64,000 bases of DNA, from positions 581,663-645,662 of the forward strand of contig CP011210.1 in NCBI GenBank assembly GCA_001029675.1, given 5' to 3'. Source of the stretch: Candidatus Beckwithbacteria bacterium GW2011_GWC1_49_16 (GTDB taxonomy: Bacteria > Patescibacteriota > Microgenomatia > UBA1400 > CG1-02-47-37). The translations under genes and the position numbers were made by a program. The notes below the pieces were generated by a model, which did no database searches, was not told where the DNA came from, and saw nothing but the letters and a program-made list of their open reading frames with translations. Below, in pieces: positions 48,200 to 58,043 of the stretch. The stretch's first letter is position 1, and each line of letters opens with the position of its first letter.

Positions 48200-50391
48200 T
48201 CCCCTTCTTCTTCAAAGTCGATCTCGTTATCTATCAGCTGGTTGTCTTTGAAGATAAACTCTTTGCGGGGGAAAATTGGTTTTTTCAAGTAAGAAGCCAA
48301 GCCGATGTGGTTGTCGCTAATGGTATTGCCGCTGATTTCCGGCTGGCTTGAGTCTTTAACTGCTATACCCATGTTGCAGTTTTTGAAGGTGTTGCCGGTA
48401 ACTTTGGGGCTGGCGGTTTCACCTAAAGACAAACATTTGTCGCCGGCACCGTCAACCAGGTTGCCGGTTATATCGGGGGAGGCCGAACCAAAATCCATGC
48501 CGTCGTTGCCGTTTGATAAAAATCTGTTGCCGGCAACCAGTCCGGTGGCAAAATCGAGATCCAAACCGTCAAAATCGTTGTCGGCAAAAATATTGTTGCT
48601 AATGCTGACGTCGGCGTACTTGACGTTTAGGCCGTCGTCGCCGCGGTTGAAGCGAAAAGTGCTGCCGCTGACTACAATATTGTCGGCGCCATGGGCAGCC
48701 AAAGCGCCGCTAAAGTAAGCGCCGTTGACTATGGCCTCGCTGCCGTACTCGACCGTTACCCCGTTAAAGCTACTGCCGTTGGCTGACTCTCCCAAAACGG
48801 CAAAAACGCCCCAAGGTTTGTCTGGGTCTTGGGTGGTTAAAGTGGCCCCATTGGCGGTGACCGGGCTCAAGCTGACAAACGAGGCTCCCTCGGCAAAAGA
48901 CAGTCTGGCGCCGGGCAGAAGCCTAACCTGGTAGCCGGGAGGAATAACTCTGGTTTGATTGATTAAATGGGTGCCGGGGCCGAAAGTGAGTTGCTTAGGC
49001 GTCAAAAACAGCTGGTCAAAATCCGCAAACTCTGACTCGATGACGCTTTTGGCCGGGTCGGCGACGTCGATTGGCTCTGTAACCGGCAAAGGAAAACCGC
49101 TGACTTCATCGGGAAGGCTGTCTGAGTCAAGTTTTTGTTGAATTAATTGAAACTGGCTAATTAACTCTCGGCGGGTTTTTTCAAGCTGGCGCAAATAGCC
49201 GATGTTGGAGAAAAACTTTTTATAATCCTGAAAGACGGCGGTTTTGGTTTGGGCTGCCAGTTGGTCGTAGTATGCCAAATCATCTGCCAGGTTATCGGGA
49301 TTGTTGACATAAGCCGCCAAGATCTGGTTTCTTTTTGCCAGCCAGTCGGGATTTTTTAACACCCGGGAAGCTAAAGGATGATAGTTGGCCGGCCAACCCA
49401 CTCCCCCCAAGACGTCCCAGGGCATAACCATAAATTTGCCCAGGGCCGGATGCCAATATAAACGAAAATTGTGTAAGTGATCTTGATGGATGCTGCCCAT
49501 GAGTACCGAGTGCGCCTGCCAGGCAATAAAGTTATCGATATCCAAAATATAAGGCAAGCGGGTAAAAAACTCCTCGTCGGAAACGTTATTTAACAAATCT
49601 AAAAGCAAACTCAACTCGGTGTAGTTATCCTCGGCAAAAACTTCGTCCTGGCTGTACTTGCGCCAGAACTTTAAAGAAGCAAAGATGGGTTGTTGTTCCG
49701 CCAGCCTTACTTCCTGGTCGATTTCACCATAGAGATTGCCAATCGGCAAGTCGTTTTTTTCCAGAAAAGCCTCGTTCCACTGCTCGGTTTGCCAATAAAC
49801 TCCTTCGGTTTGGCCGTTAACTTTTAAAACCACGAATCGACTTTCGGGCACAATCAGCCCCATTTTTTTAGCCCGGTAGTTTGATAGTTCCTCAAGATAC
49901 ATGCCCCGATCTTCAGGGATAATCAAGTTAATGGCCGTCTGGCCAAAAAAAGGCTGGCCAGAACCAAAGTTAACTCGCCAAGATTTTTTGGGCCTGGTCC
50001 AGTGATCAAAATCGACGCCGCGGTAGCGCACTCTAACTTGATACTGTCTCCCCTCAAAATCGAAGCTGGCGGGGACAAACTGTTTGAACTTGTCGGCCAG
50101 AATGCCGCCGGTGGCCTTGGGGTCAGGCAGGTTGCGGTTCAAAAAAACATAGTCGTCCGGATTGAGAGTCAGTTCATAAACCGGCAACCCTGATGATTTA
50201 AACCAATAAGGCAAATAGAAAACGTCGGTCAATTTGGTTAAATAGGTGACGACGTTAGTTTGCCAACCAAAAGCGGTGGGGTTGTGGATTTTAATTAAAT
50301 AGATCAAACCCACAACGAGAATAATTGCTGTATACAAGAACAGTTTAAATCTATTTTTCATAGAAGCTAATTCCCCACTGTCGGCGTTCAA
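48187..50391 (-). CDS. CotH-family kinase fused to a C-terminal right-handed parallel beta-helix
   Basis: N-terminal TM; RYRG..KKSWRVNF, HQDHLHNFRLY and PWD motifs; then GDDGL/DGLDLD/GDKC/GIAVKDSS beta-helix repeats. Confidence 0.82.
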   Translation of the reverse strand: MNADSGELASMKNRFKLFLYTAIILVVGLIYLIKIHNPTAFGWQTNVVTYLTKLTDVFYLPYWFKSSGLPVYELTLNPDDYVFLNRNLPDPKATGGILADKFKQFVPASFDFEGRQYQVRVRYRGVDFDHWTRPKKSWRVNFGSGQPFFGQTAINLIIPEDRGMYLEELSNYRAKKMGLIVPESRFVVLKVNGQTEGVYWQTEQWNEAFLEKNDLPIGNLYGEIDQEVRLAEQQPIFASLKFWRKYSQDEVFAEDNYTELSLLLDLLNNVSDEEFFTRLPYILDIDNFIAWQAHSVLMGSIHQDHLHNFRLYWHPALGKFMVMPWDVLGGVGWPANYHPLASRVLKNPDWLAKRNQILAAYVNNPDNLADDLAYYDQLAAQTKTAVFQDYKKFFSNIGYLRQLEKTRRELISQFQLIQQKLDSDSLPDEVSGFPLPVTEPIDVADPAKSVIESEFADFDQLFLTPKQLTFGPGTHLINQTRVIPPGYQVRLLPGARLSFAEGASFVSLSPVTANGATLTTQDPDKPWGVFAVLGESANGSSFNGVTVEYGSEAIVNGAYFSGALAAHGADNIVVSGSTFRFNRGDDGLNVKYADVSISNNIFADNDFDGLDLDFATGLVAGNRFLSNGNDGMDFGSASPDITGNLVDGAGDKCLSLGETASPKVTGNTFKNCNMGIAVKDSSQPEISGNTISDNHIGLASYLKKPIFPRKEFIFKDNQLIDNEIDFEEEGDYRL

Positions 50392-51391
50392 AAAAGTGAG
50401 CCAAAATTATAGCAATTAGATTAGAACAGATGAAAGAAAAAATAACAAGATTTAAAGCCTTGGCTGAATTGATAAAAAGAAGAATAAAGGCATTGACGGT
50501 GTAATGAGTCAAATAAAGAGTTAAAGAATAACCGGAAAGCCAACGGAAAAGCTTATTTAGACTGAAACTGGTTTTGACTACTCTTGATTGCAGGCCGGCA
50601 ATGATAAAATAAAATCCCAGTGCTAAGAGAATAAAAAAAGTTAGTTCATATTCTACTTTGGTTTGCCAAACACGGCGCATGGCCAGCAGCCAAAAAATAA
50701 TTCCGCTTGGATACGCAATGATGGATTTTAATTTACTAAAAGTGTTTTTTGATAAAATGAAGAAAATAAGTACGCCCAAGAGCCAAACAGCCACTAAGCC
50801 CTTGCCTCTGCCAGCAAAAAGACTATAGATAGGAATAATACTAAAAAAAGTCAGGACAAGAAAAAAAATCAGTGGTTGTTTTTTAATCACTTTTGGGGCG
50901 AGAGTAAGCCAGCCGAAGCTTAAATAGGCCCACCACAATAAAGGCAACGCCCAAAAAGGTCTTCCAGAACCAAGGGAAATCGAAGGAAAATATTGAAGCA
51001 TCAGAAGATTAGTTATTAATGTTTTGAGATTAAAAGCCTGGGCGTAACGGTAAACTTCCGGATGAAAGACAATTGACAACCCGTCTAGGATAATCACTAA
51101 AATAATTGCTGGTAAAAAAACAGAGTAAATTCTGAAAAACCTATGGGCAAAAAAGTTGGCGAATCGATAATCACCGACTTGTTTTTTTGAGAAAGTGCTA
51201 AGAGGAATTAGCAAACCAGAGATGAGAAAAAAGAATACTACAGCAATGTTTTCTACATAAGGCAGATTGGGGGGAGCTAGATAAAGATATTGCTGGTGAG
51301 AGTGGATTAAGTGTCCAAAAAGAACTGCTTGGGCAGCTAAAAAACGTAAAAAATATAAGAAGGTTGAGGCGGCCGGTGAAAGTGTCAACAT
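50351..51391 (-). CDS. Acyltransferase-3 (OafA-like) membrane O-acyltransferase
   Basis: LRFLAA..V..H, FFLISG, RFFRIY and YSLTLYLTH motifs. AT-rich. Confidence 0.85.
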   Translation of the reverse strand: MLTLSPAASTFLYFLRFLAAQAVLFGHLIHSHQQYLYLAPPNLPYVENIAVVFFFLISGLLIPLSTFSKKQVGDYRFANFFAHRFFRIYSVFLPAIILVIILDGLSIVFHPEVYRYAQAFNLKTLITNLLMLQYFPSISLGSGRPFWALPLLWWAYLSFGWLTLAPKVIKKQPLIFFLVLTFFSIIPIYSLFAGRGKGLVAVWLLGVLIFFILSKNTFSKLKSIIAYPSGIIFWLLAMRRVWQTKVEYELTFFILLALGFYFIIAGLQSRVVKTSFSLNKLFRWLSGYSLTLYLTHYTVNAFILLFINSAKALNLVIFSFICSNLIAIILAHFFERRQWGISFYEK

Positions 51392-51412
51392 GTTTGATTA
51401 AGTGATACAATA

Positions 51413-52471
51413 ATGACAATTATAATGAAAGTGCAGGAAAAAATCTTAAAAATTATGGCGGAACACCCTACGTTTATCATCGCCGAGGCGGGATCCAACC
51501 ACAACGGCGACGTCACCCAAGCGGTCAAACTGATCAGGGCCGCGGCTGACGCGGGGGCTGACGCGGTTAAGTTTCAAACTTTTACTGCTGGGCAGTTAAC
51601 GACAAAAAGTGGGCCGAGCGCTTCCTATCAAATAAAAAACACTAAAATAAAAAGCCAGTGGCAATTGCTTCGCTCAATCGAGTTAGATTATAAATGGTAC
51701 AACAAGCTAGTAAAACTCGCCAAAAAGTTGGGCATTATTTTTTTGTCTACCCCGCATGGATATATAGAGTCTGTGAATTTTTTAAAGGATAAAGTGCCCG
51801 CTTGGAAGACAGGTTCTGGGGACTTAACCAATCTTCCACTATTAAAATACTTAGGTGAGTCTGGCAAACCGATAATTTTGTCGACCGGGATGGCGACCGT
51901 CGCCGAGACCAGAGAAGCGGTTAAGACCATTGAAAAGACCGGCAACAGAAAAATTACCATTCTTCACTGCACCACTAACTACCCTTGTCCGCCTGAAGAA
52001 GCCAACGTGGCGGCGATTATGGATCTTAAAAAAAATTTCCCCCGCTACCGGATCGGCTTTTCTGACCACACCCTGGGGATGACGGCGGCGATCATGGCGG
52101 TGGCTTATGGGGCGGCGGCAGTGGAAAAACACCTCACCCTGGACAGAAACTTGCCCGGGCCGGACCAGAAAAACTCGCTTGAACCCGACGAGTTTAAACA
52201 AATGGTGAAGCAAATTAGGTTGGCAGAAGTTTTACGCGGCAGCGGCAAGAAAAGGCCTTTCCCCAGCGAGCTGATTATCGCCCAAATGGCCAGAAAAGCG
52301 GTGATCGCCGCGGTAGACATTACCAAAGGCACCAAGATCACCGCAGCGATGCTGACGATAAAAAGGCCGGCCAAAGGCGGTTTGGCGCCAAAGATGCTCG
52401 ATAACATCGTGGGCAAAACGGCCAAACGAAGCATCAAGGCTGACTCACAACTGAAAAAAGGTGATTTTTGA
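51413..52471 (+). CDS. neuB: Nonulosonic acid synthase (NeuB/LegI family) with C-terminal SAF domain
   Basis: IIAEAGSNHNGD, VKFQ, LSTGM, HCTTNYP, SDHT and EKHLTLD motifs. Exact start uncertain. Confidence 0.92.
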   Translation: MTIIMKVQEKILKIMAEHPTFIIAEAGSNHNGDVTQAVKLIRAAADAGADAVKFQTFTAGQLTTKSGPSASYQIKNTKIKSQWQLLRSIELDYKWYNKLVKLAKKLGIIFLSTPHGYIESVNFLKDKVPAWKTGSGDLTNLPLLKYLGESGKPIILSTGMATVAETREAVKTIEKTGNRKITILHCTTNYPCPPEEANVAAIMDLKKNFPRYRIGFSDHTLGMTAAIMAVAYGAAAVEKHLTLDRNLPGPDQKNSLEPDEFKQMVKQIRLAEVLRGSGKKRPFPSELIIAQMARKAVIAAVDITKGTKITAAMLTIKRPAKGGLAPKMLDNIVGKTAKRSIKADSQLKKGDF

Positions 52472-53541
52472 TGGTAGGGGGGAATTTTGCATTTGAGTTT
52501 GCGGCTCTTGCCAGGAAAGAAGTAAGGTTAAACCTGCCACAAACCTCAAGCTATTGGTTTCAGAACGGCCGAGGAGCAATTGCCGGGTTAATTAAACTTT
52601 TAAAGCTTAAACCAGGAGACGAGGTGTTGGTGCCTGAATACCACTGCGAAGAAGTGACCAAGCCTTTTTTCAACCGAGGGATTAAATGTAACTACTACCG
52701 GATTGATAAAAACCTAAGCATAAGGCTAAAAGAGATCAAAAAACAGGTGAGTGATAAAACCCGTCTGGTGGTGGTGATTACTTTTATGGGTTTTCCCCAA
52801 GAAGAAAGGGAGGAAATTGTTAAGTGGTGTCAGAAAAATAAGCTGGCGCTTTTGGAGGATAACGTGCCTATCGCCCGGGATAAAATCTCGCCCCGCCCGG
52901 GGGCCTTCCAGATATACAGCTTCAGAAAACACACCGGAGTGGTCGGTGGAGCGGTCTTAGTTTTACCCCGCGGCAAAAAGAAAAGTGACTATCCAACCTT
53001 AGAATTTTTGCCGGCTAAAGCCACTGCGGAAATATTTCAGCTAGCGGCAGCGATGTCCAGGTTTTTATCGCAAGTGATACCAATAAAGATTTTGTGGCTT
53101 GTCACCTACAAGCTTCACCGGCTGGGTGAAGATTTGCTGGACGATGAGATCAGAGGCGCTTCGAAGTTGTCGAGGTTTTTAATCATAAGAGCTGGCTGGC
53201 AGAAAATAATACAGAAGAGACAGGCCAATAGCGGCTATTTAACCGAAAGGCTTATAAAAGCCGGGCTAAAGCCTTTGATTAAAAAAGTGCCCCCCAAGGC
53301 GACGCCTTTGATGTTGCCGGTGGTGATCGACAACCCGGAAAGAGTCAAACAAAAATTGAGAACTCGGGGTTTATTTGTAACTCAGTTCTGGCACCTACCT
53401 AAGTACTTGAATAAAAGGTTGGCGCCGACGGCAGACTGGATTACCAAGCATGTAATTTACTTAACCGTCGACCAAAGATACGGGGAAAAAGAGATGGAAC
53501 TCCAGGCAGTAACCTTGGCTCGTGTTAAAATAAACCCATGA
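52468..53541 (+). CDS. Divergent DegT-like PLP-fold protein
   Basis: NGRGAI, VLVPEYHC, LEDN, SFRKH and VDQRY motifs. Confidence 0.7.
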   Translation: MMVGGNFAFEFAALARKEVRLNLPQTSSYWFQNGRGAIAGLIKLLKLKPGDEVLVPEYHCEEVTKPFFNRGIKCNYYRIDKNLSIRLKEIKKQVSDKTRLVVVITFMGFPQEEREEIVKWCQKNKLALLEDNVPIARDKISPRPGAFQIYSFRKHTGVVGGAVLVLPRGKKKSDYPTLEFLPAKATAEIFQLAAAMSRFLSQVIPIKILWLVTYKLHRLGEDLLDDEIRGASKLSRFLIIRAGWQKIIQKRQANSGYLTERLIKAGLKPLIKKVPPKATPLMLPVVIDNPERVKQKLRTRGLFVTQFWHLPKYLNKRLAPTADWITKHVIYLTVDQRYGEKEMELQAVTLARVKINP

Positions 53542-54596
53542 GGCTGGCTTATCTTAGCGGGACCAGGGCCGATTTTGGTTTGATGAGGACCCTTTTGAAA
53601 AAAATAGAAAAAGAGTCCAAATGGCAGCTTAAGCTGATGGTGACGGGGATGCATCTGATGGATGAGTTTGGCTATACCGTTTCTGAAGTGGATAAACAGT
53701 TTAAGGTAGCCCGGGTAATCGAGGCGGTTTTTACTAAAGACGATCGGGAGTCTATGGCCCGGTTTGTGGGCCGGTGTTTGACCGGAGTGACCGAGGCTTT
53801 GATTAAACACCAGGCTGACGTGGTGATAGTTTTGGGTGATCGGGGCGAACAACTGGCCATGGCGACAGCGGCGGCCTACCTTAATATACCCATCGTCCAC
53901 CTTCATGGCGGGGAGGAAACGACGACGGTGGACAACAAAGCCAGAAAGACCATTAGCCAACTAACAGACTGGCACTTGCCGGCAAGCCAAGGGGCGGCCA
54001 AAAGGCTGACCGCCATGGGGGTAGATAAAAAGAAAATTACCGTGGTCGGGGCGCCGGGACTGGACGAAATCAGACACCTGCCTCAGGCGGGGAAAAAAGA
54101 CCTGATCGTGGTGCTTGAGCATCCGGACGAAAACGAAGCCCAAGCCGGAGAACAGGTAGAAAAGACGCTCTCGGCGGCGGTAAGCTTTGGTTTACCGGTA
54201 AAAGTGATTTACCCTAACGCCGACGCCGGCGGCAGAAAAATGATTGTGGTAATAGAAAAATTTGTAGCCAAATACCCAAACTTGGTTAAAAGTTATAAAA
54301 GCATCACCAGGGAAGACTACCTTAAGCTTTTGGGGCAGGCGAAGGTCTTGGTGGGCAATAGTTCCAGCGGCTTGATCGAATCCCCGGCTTTTAGGCTGCC
54401 AGTGGTCAACGTCGGCCCGAGGCAAAAAGGCCGGGAGCGGGCCAAAAACGTCATCGACGCGGGGTATGACCAAAAGGAAATCAAGGCGGCGGTCAACAAA
54501 GCTTTGAAAATGAAGTTTAAACAGATTACCAACCCTTATGGCGACGGTAAAACTGCCCAAAGGGTGGTAAAATTTCTTAATCAGACCTTTTTATGA
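53538..54596 (+). CDS. neuC: Hydrolysing UDP-GlcNAc 2-epimerase (NeuC/LegG)
   Basis: GTRADFG, TGMHL, LGDRGE, HLHGGE, GNSSSG, RQKGRE and YGDG motifs. Confidence 0.92.
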   Translation: MRLAYLSGTRADFGLMRTLLKKIEKESKWQLKLMVTGMHLMDEFGYTVSEVDKQFKVARVIEAVFTKDDRESMARFVGRCLTGVTEALIKHQADVVIVLGDRGEQLAMATAAAYLNIPIVHLHGGEETTTVDNKARKTISQLTDWHLPASQGAAKRLTAMGVDKKKITVVGAPGLDEIRHLPQAGKKDLIVVLEHPDENEAQAGEQVEKTLSAAVSFGLPVKVIYPNADAGGRKMIVVIEKFVAKYPNLVKSYKSITREDYLKLLGQAKVLVGNSSSGLIESPAFRLPVVNVGPRQKGRERAKNVIDAGYDQKEIKAAVNKALKMKFKQITNPYGDGKTAQRVVKFLNQTFL

Positions 54597-54991
54597 GTCG
54601 ATTTAATAATTGGCAAGAACCAGAGTTTGACGCTCGCGGCATGACCCGCTGGCAATGGATTTGCCAGCATCACCAGAATTTAAAGCTGGGGGAAGGTAGC
54701 GACATTGGCGCTTTTAGCTACTTAAACGCCAAGCACGGGGTGGAGATTGGCGAAGAGGTGCAGATCGGCAGCCACGTCAGCATTTATTCGGAAAATACCA
54801 TCGATAATACCCATGGTAGAGTGGTGATTAAAAAGGGTGCCAAGATCGGCAGCCACTCGGTGATTTTCCCCGGAGTGACCATCGGCGAGAAAGCGGTGGT
54901 GGGGGCATTTAGTTTGGTCAAAAAAGACGTGCCCGCCGGGGCGGTAGTGGCCGGAGTGACGGCTAAGCCGCTTGAGCGGCGTAACCGGTAA
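54593..54991 (+). CDS. Hexapeptide-repeat acetyltransferase
   Basis: IGAFSY, IGSH and PGVTIGEKAVVGAFS motifs. Confidence 0.85.
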   Translation: MSRFNNWQEPEFDARGMTRWQWICQHHQNLKLGEGSDIGAFSYLNAKHGVEIGEEVQIGSHVSIYSENTIDNTHGRVVIKKGAKIGSHSVIFPGVTIGEKAVVGAFSLVKKDVPAGAVVAGVTAKPLERRNR

Positions 54992-55015
54992 ACAGTAATC
55001 GGTAATCAGTAATGA
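54981..55015 (+). repeat. Five-unit heptamer array (GTAA-N-C-N) at a gene junction
   Basis: GTAACCG GTAAACA GTAATCG GTAATCA GTAATGA. Confidence 0.8.
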
Positions 55016-56151
55016 AACAACGAATCAATCAAATACCCAAAAAGCAGATTTTACTCGGGCCGCCGTATTTGACCGGCGACGAAGTTAAGGCGGTGGTAGG
55101 AGTAATTAAAAGCGGCCAATTGAGCTTGGGCGAACAAGTAGAAAAGTTTGAGAAAGAAGTGGCTCGATTCGTCGGTGCCCGCTACGGGGTGGCTACTTCC
55201 AGCGGCACCACCGCCTTGCATTTGGCGGTCAAGGTGGCCGGCATAGGTTACGGCGACGAAGTGATTACCACGCCGTTTTCTTTTGTGGCCTCGACTAACT
55301 GCTTTTTGTATGAAGGGGCTACCCCAAAGTTTGTCGATATCGATCCGGACAGCTTTAACCTTGACCCAAAAAAAATTGAGGCGGCGGTAACCCGCAAAAC
55401 CCGCGCCATTTTAGGGGTGGATATTTTCGGCTATCCGGCAGAATGGAAGAAAATAGCCCAAATCGCCAAGAAACACCGGCTTAAAATAATTGACGACGCG
55501 GCCGAGGCTTTGGGGGCGGTCTACCGCGGCAAAAGCTTAGGCAGTTTGGGCTGGCCGACGGTGTTTGCCTTTTATCCTAATAAGCAGATGACTACCGGCG
55601 AAGGGGGCATGGTGGTGACCAACTCCAAAGCAGAGTTTATTAAGTTTAAAAGCTTGGTCAACCAAGGCAGAGCGGGTGATATGCAGTGGCTAAAGCATCC
55701 CAGCCTGGGATATAACTACCGCATGACCGAGGTGGCGGCGGCCATGGGCAGAGCCCAGCTTAAAAAACTTAAACAATTTTTAGCCAGCCGCCGCCAAGTG
55801 GCTGTTTGGTACGGCCAAAGACTGGCCAAAGTTCCGGGGGTAAATTTAATTAAAGCCAATGATAAGCAACACGTCAGAAGCTGGTTTATTTATGTGATCA
55901 GACTTGACAAAAAGTTGAACCGCGACCGGGTAATAAAAAAATTATTGGCGGCGGGCGTACCGGCCAAAGCCTACCTGCCCTCGATTCACCTTCAGCCCTA
56001 TATGAGACGTTTTGGCTACAAGCGGGGCGACTTTCCGGTGAGTGAGGCGGTATCGGCCTCAACTCTGTCACTGCCTTTTTATACAGGCATGGAAGAGGCG
56101 GTAGTAGATCGCGTTTGTGAAAAATTAAAAAAAGTAATCGGTAAACTGTAA
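55012..56151 (+). CDS. DegT-family PLP sugar aminotransferase
   Basis: SSGTTALH, DAAEA, FYPNKQMTTGEGG and GYNYRM motifs. Confidence 0.92.
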   Translation: MKQRINQIPKKQILLGPPYLTGDEVKAVVGVIKSGQLSLGEQVEKFEKEVARFVGARYGVATSSGTTALHLAVKVAGIGYGDEVITTPFSFVASTNCFLYEGATPKFVDIDPDSFNLDPKKIEAAVTRKTRAILGVDIFGYPAEWKKIAQIAKKHRLKIIDDAAEALGAVYRGKSLGSLGWPTVFAFYPNKQMTTGEGGMVVTNSKAEFIKFKSLVNQGRAGDMQWLKHPSLGYNYRMTEVAAAMGRAQLKKLKQFLASRRQVAVWYGQRLAKVPGVNLIKANDKQHVRSWFIYVIRLDKKLNRDRVIKKLLAAGVPAKAYLPSIHLQPYMRRFGYKRGDFPVSEAVSASTLSLPFYTGMEEAVVDRVCEKLKKVIGKL

Positions 56152-56168
56152 TCAGTAAACCGTAATTA
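56134..56168 (+). repeat. Five-unit heptamer array at a gene junction
   Basis: GTAATCG GTAAACT GTAATCA GTAAACC GTAATTA. Confidence 0.8.
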
Positions 56169-56184
56169 TTGTAGAATAGTAATT

Positions 56185-57225
56185 ATGAAGCACAAGGCGA
56201 TTGATAATAAAAGCATTCTAGTCACCGGAGGAGTGGGTTCGATCGGAGCGGTGCTGGTTGACCAGTTGATAAACGAGTTTTCGCCCAAGCAGGTGAGAAT
56301 TCTCGACAACAACGAAGCCGGACTTTTTGAAGCGACTCGAAAGTACCAAAAAAAGTCCCAAATGAGGTTTATGCTGGGGGATGTCAGAGATAAAGACCGG
56401 GTGACTTGGGCCTTAAAAGGGGCCGATACGGTTTTTCACGCAGCCGCTTTAAAGCATGTCGCCTTAAATGAGTATTCCCCTTTTGAGTCAGTTAAAACTA
56501 ATGTAGTTGGCACGCAAAACCTAATTGAAGCGGCTTTGAGTAATAACATAGAAACATTTATAAATATATCCACCGATAAAGCCGCCAATCCAACCAGCAC
56601 CATGGGGGCTTCAAAGTTACTAGCGGAAAGGCTGACGTCCGGAGCTGATTATTTTAAGGGCGGCGGCAGAACGGTGTTTGCTTCGGTGAGATTCGGTAAT
56701 GTACTGAATTCTTCCGGGTCGGTGATCCCGATCTTTTTGGACCAAATCAAAAATGGCGGACCGGTAACCATCACTGATAAGAGAATGATTCGGTATTTTA
56801 TGAGCATCAAAGAAGCAGTTAAGTTGATTTTAAAAGCGGCCGAGATGGCCCGCGGCGGCGAGGTGTTTATTTTGAAAATGCCGGCTTTGAAAATTTTGGA
56901 CTTGGCTCAAGTTTTAATTGAAAAGGTGGGTAAGGGAAAAGTAAAAATAAGCGCAATCGGTCAAAAACCGGGCGAAAAACTGTTTGAAAAAATCGTCACC
57001 CGTACCGAGGCAGAACAAACCATGGAGCTTGAAGACATGTATGTTTTACCTCTATCAATCGATTATCCTAATTATCCGGGAATGAGCGGAGACGTAGTCA
57101 AGGAAAGTTATCGATATTACCGAAAACTGGGGGGTAAGAGTGTCCCCGAAGAAGGGGTTGAGCCCAAAAAACTGCTGACTAAAGCAGAAATAGTTAAGTT
57201 GTTAGTTCAGGACAACTTACTGTGA
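56185..57225 (+). CDS. UDP-GlcNAc 4,6-dehydratase family (CapD/PglF/PseB-like)
   Basis: TGGVGSIG, HAAALKHV, STDKA, MGASK, RFGNV and GEKL.E motifs. Confidence 0.88.
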   Translation: MKHKAIDNKSILVTGGVGSIGAVLVDQLINEFSPKQVRILDNNEAGLFEATRKYQKKSQMRFMLGDVRDKDRVTWALKGADTVFHAAALKHVALNEYSPFESVKTNVVGTQNLIEAALSNNIETFINISTDKAANPTSTMGASKLLAERLTSGADYFKGGGRTVFASVRFGNVLNSSGSVIPIFLDQIKNGGPVTITDKRMIRYFMSIKEAVKLILKAAEMARGGEVFILKMPALKILDLAQVLIEKVGKGKVKISAIGQKPGEKLFEKIVTRTEAEQTMELEDMYVLPLSIDYPNYPGMSGDVVKESYRYYRKLGGKSVPEEGVEPKKLLTKAEIVKLLVQDNLL

Positions 57226-58043
57226 AGTTTGTCATTGTTGGTTTAGGATCGATCGGGAGTAAACACCGGAAAAACTTAGAATCGCTGGGACACCAGGTAG
57301 TCCCCTGCCACCGCGACGACGACCTGGATAAACTGATTGCAGCCAGCCAGCCAGACGGGGTTTTGGTTTGTACTCCAACCAGCCTTCACTTAAAACCGGC
57401 CCTAACCGCTCTCAATCACCGGCTGCCGATATTTATCGAAAAACCCCTTTCCCATAATCTTGACGGAGTCGACCGACTGCGCGGTAAAATTCTGGTTGGC
57501 TACTGTCTTAGGTTTGATAAAAAATTAAGGCAATTAAAACAACAAGTCGATCAGTTGTCGCCGGCTAAAATCAAATCGGTTAAAATCGTTGCCAAAAGCT
57601 GGCTGCCGGACTGGCATCCGGACGAGGATTACCGCCAAAGCTATTCGGCCAAAAAAGCTTTGGGCGGCGGGGTGCTTTTGGATTTGTCGCACGAGATCGA
57701 TTATGCCTTGTGGTTTTTCGGACCGGTGAAAAAAGTTTCTGCCAAGCTCGAGCAAGCGCCGGAGCTTAAAATAGAAACCGAAGCCGTCGCTGACTTAAAT
57801 CTGGAGTTTAATTCAGGAGTTAAGGCAGACATTCACCTTTCCTACGCCAGCCGGGAAAAGGAGCGTTATTGCCAAGTGATCACCGCATCCGAAAGGCTGC
57901 GCTGGGATTTTCAGCCCAATAATGACATGTACTTGGCGGAAATGAAGCATTTTATCGGTGTAGCCACCGGCAAAGAAACACCGCTGGTGACCGCAGCCGA
58001 CGGCCGGAGAGTGCTCGAAGTAATTGAGGCGGCCAAACTATGA
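57222..58043 (+). CDS. Gfo/Idh/MocA oxidoreductase (PtmF-like)
   Basis: GLGSIG, IEKP and GGGVLLDLSHE motifs. GTG start. Confidence 0.88.
   Translation: MKFVIVGLGSIGSKHRKNLESLGHQVVPCHRDDDLDKLIAASQPDGVLVCTPTSLHLKPALTALNHRLPIFIEKPLSHNLDGVDRLRGKILVGYCLRFDKKLRQLKQQVDQLSPAKIKSVKIVAKSWLPDWHPDEDYRQSYSAKKALGGGVLLDLSHEIDYALWFFGPVKKVSAKLEQAPELKIETEAVADLNLEFNSGVKADIHLSYASREKERYCQVITASERLRWDFQPNNDMYLAEMKHFIGVATGKETPLVTAADGRRVLEVIEAAKL

Noticed and set aside
54981-56168. Repeat arrays as a possible CRISPR
   Set aside because: Units are 7 bp with no spacers, and there are no cas genes.
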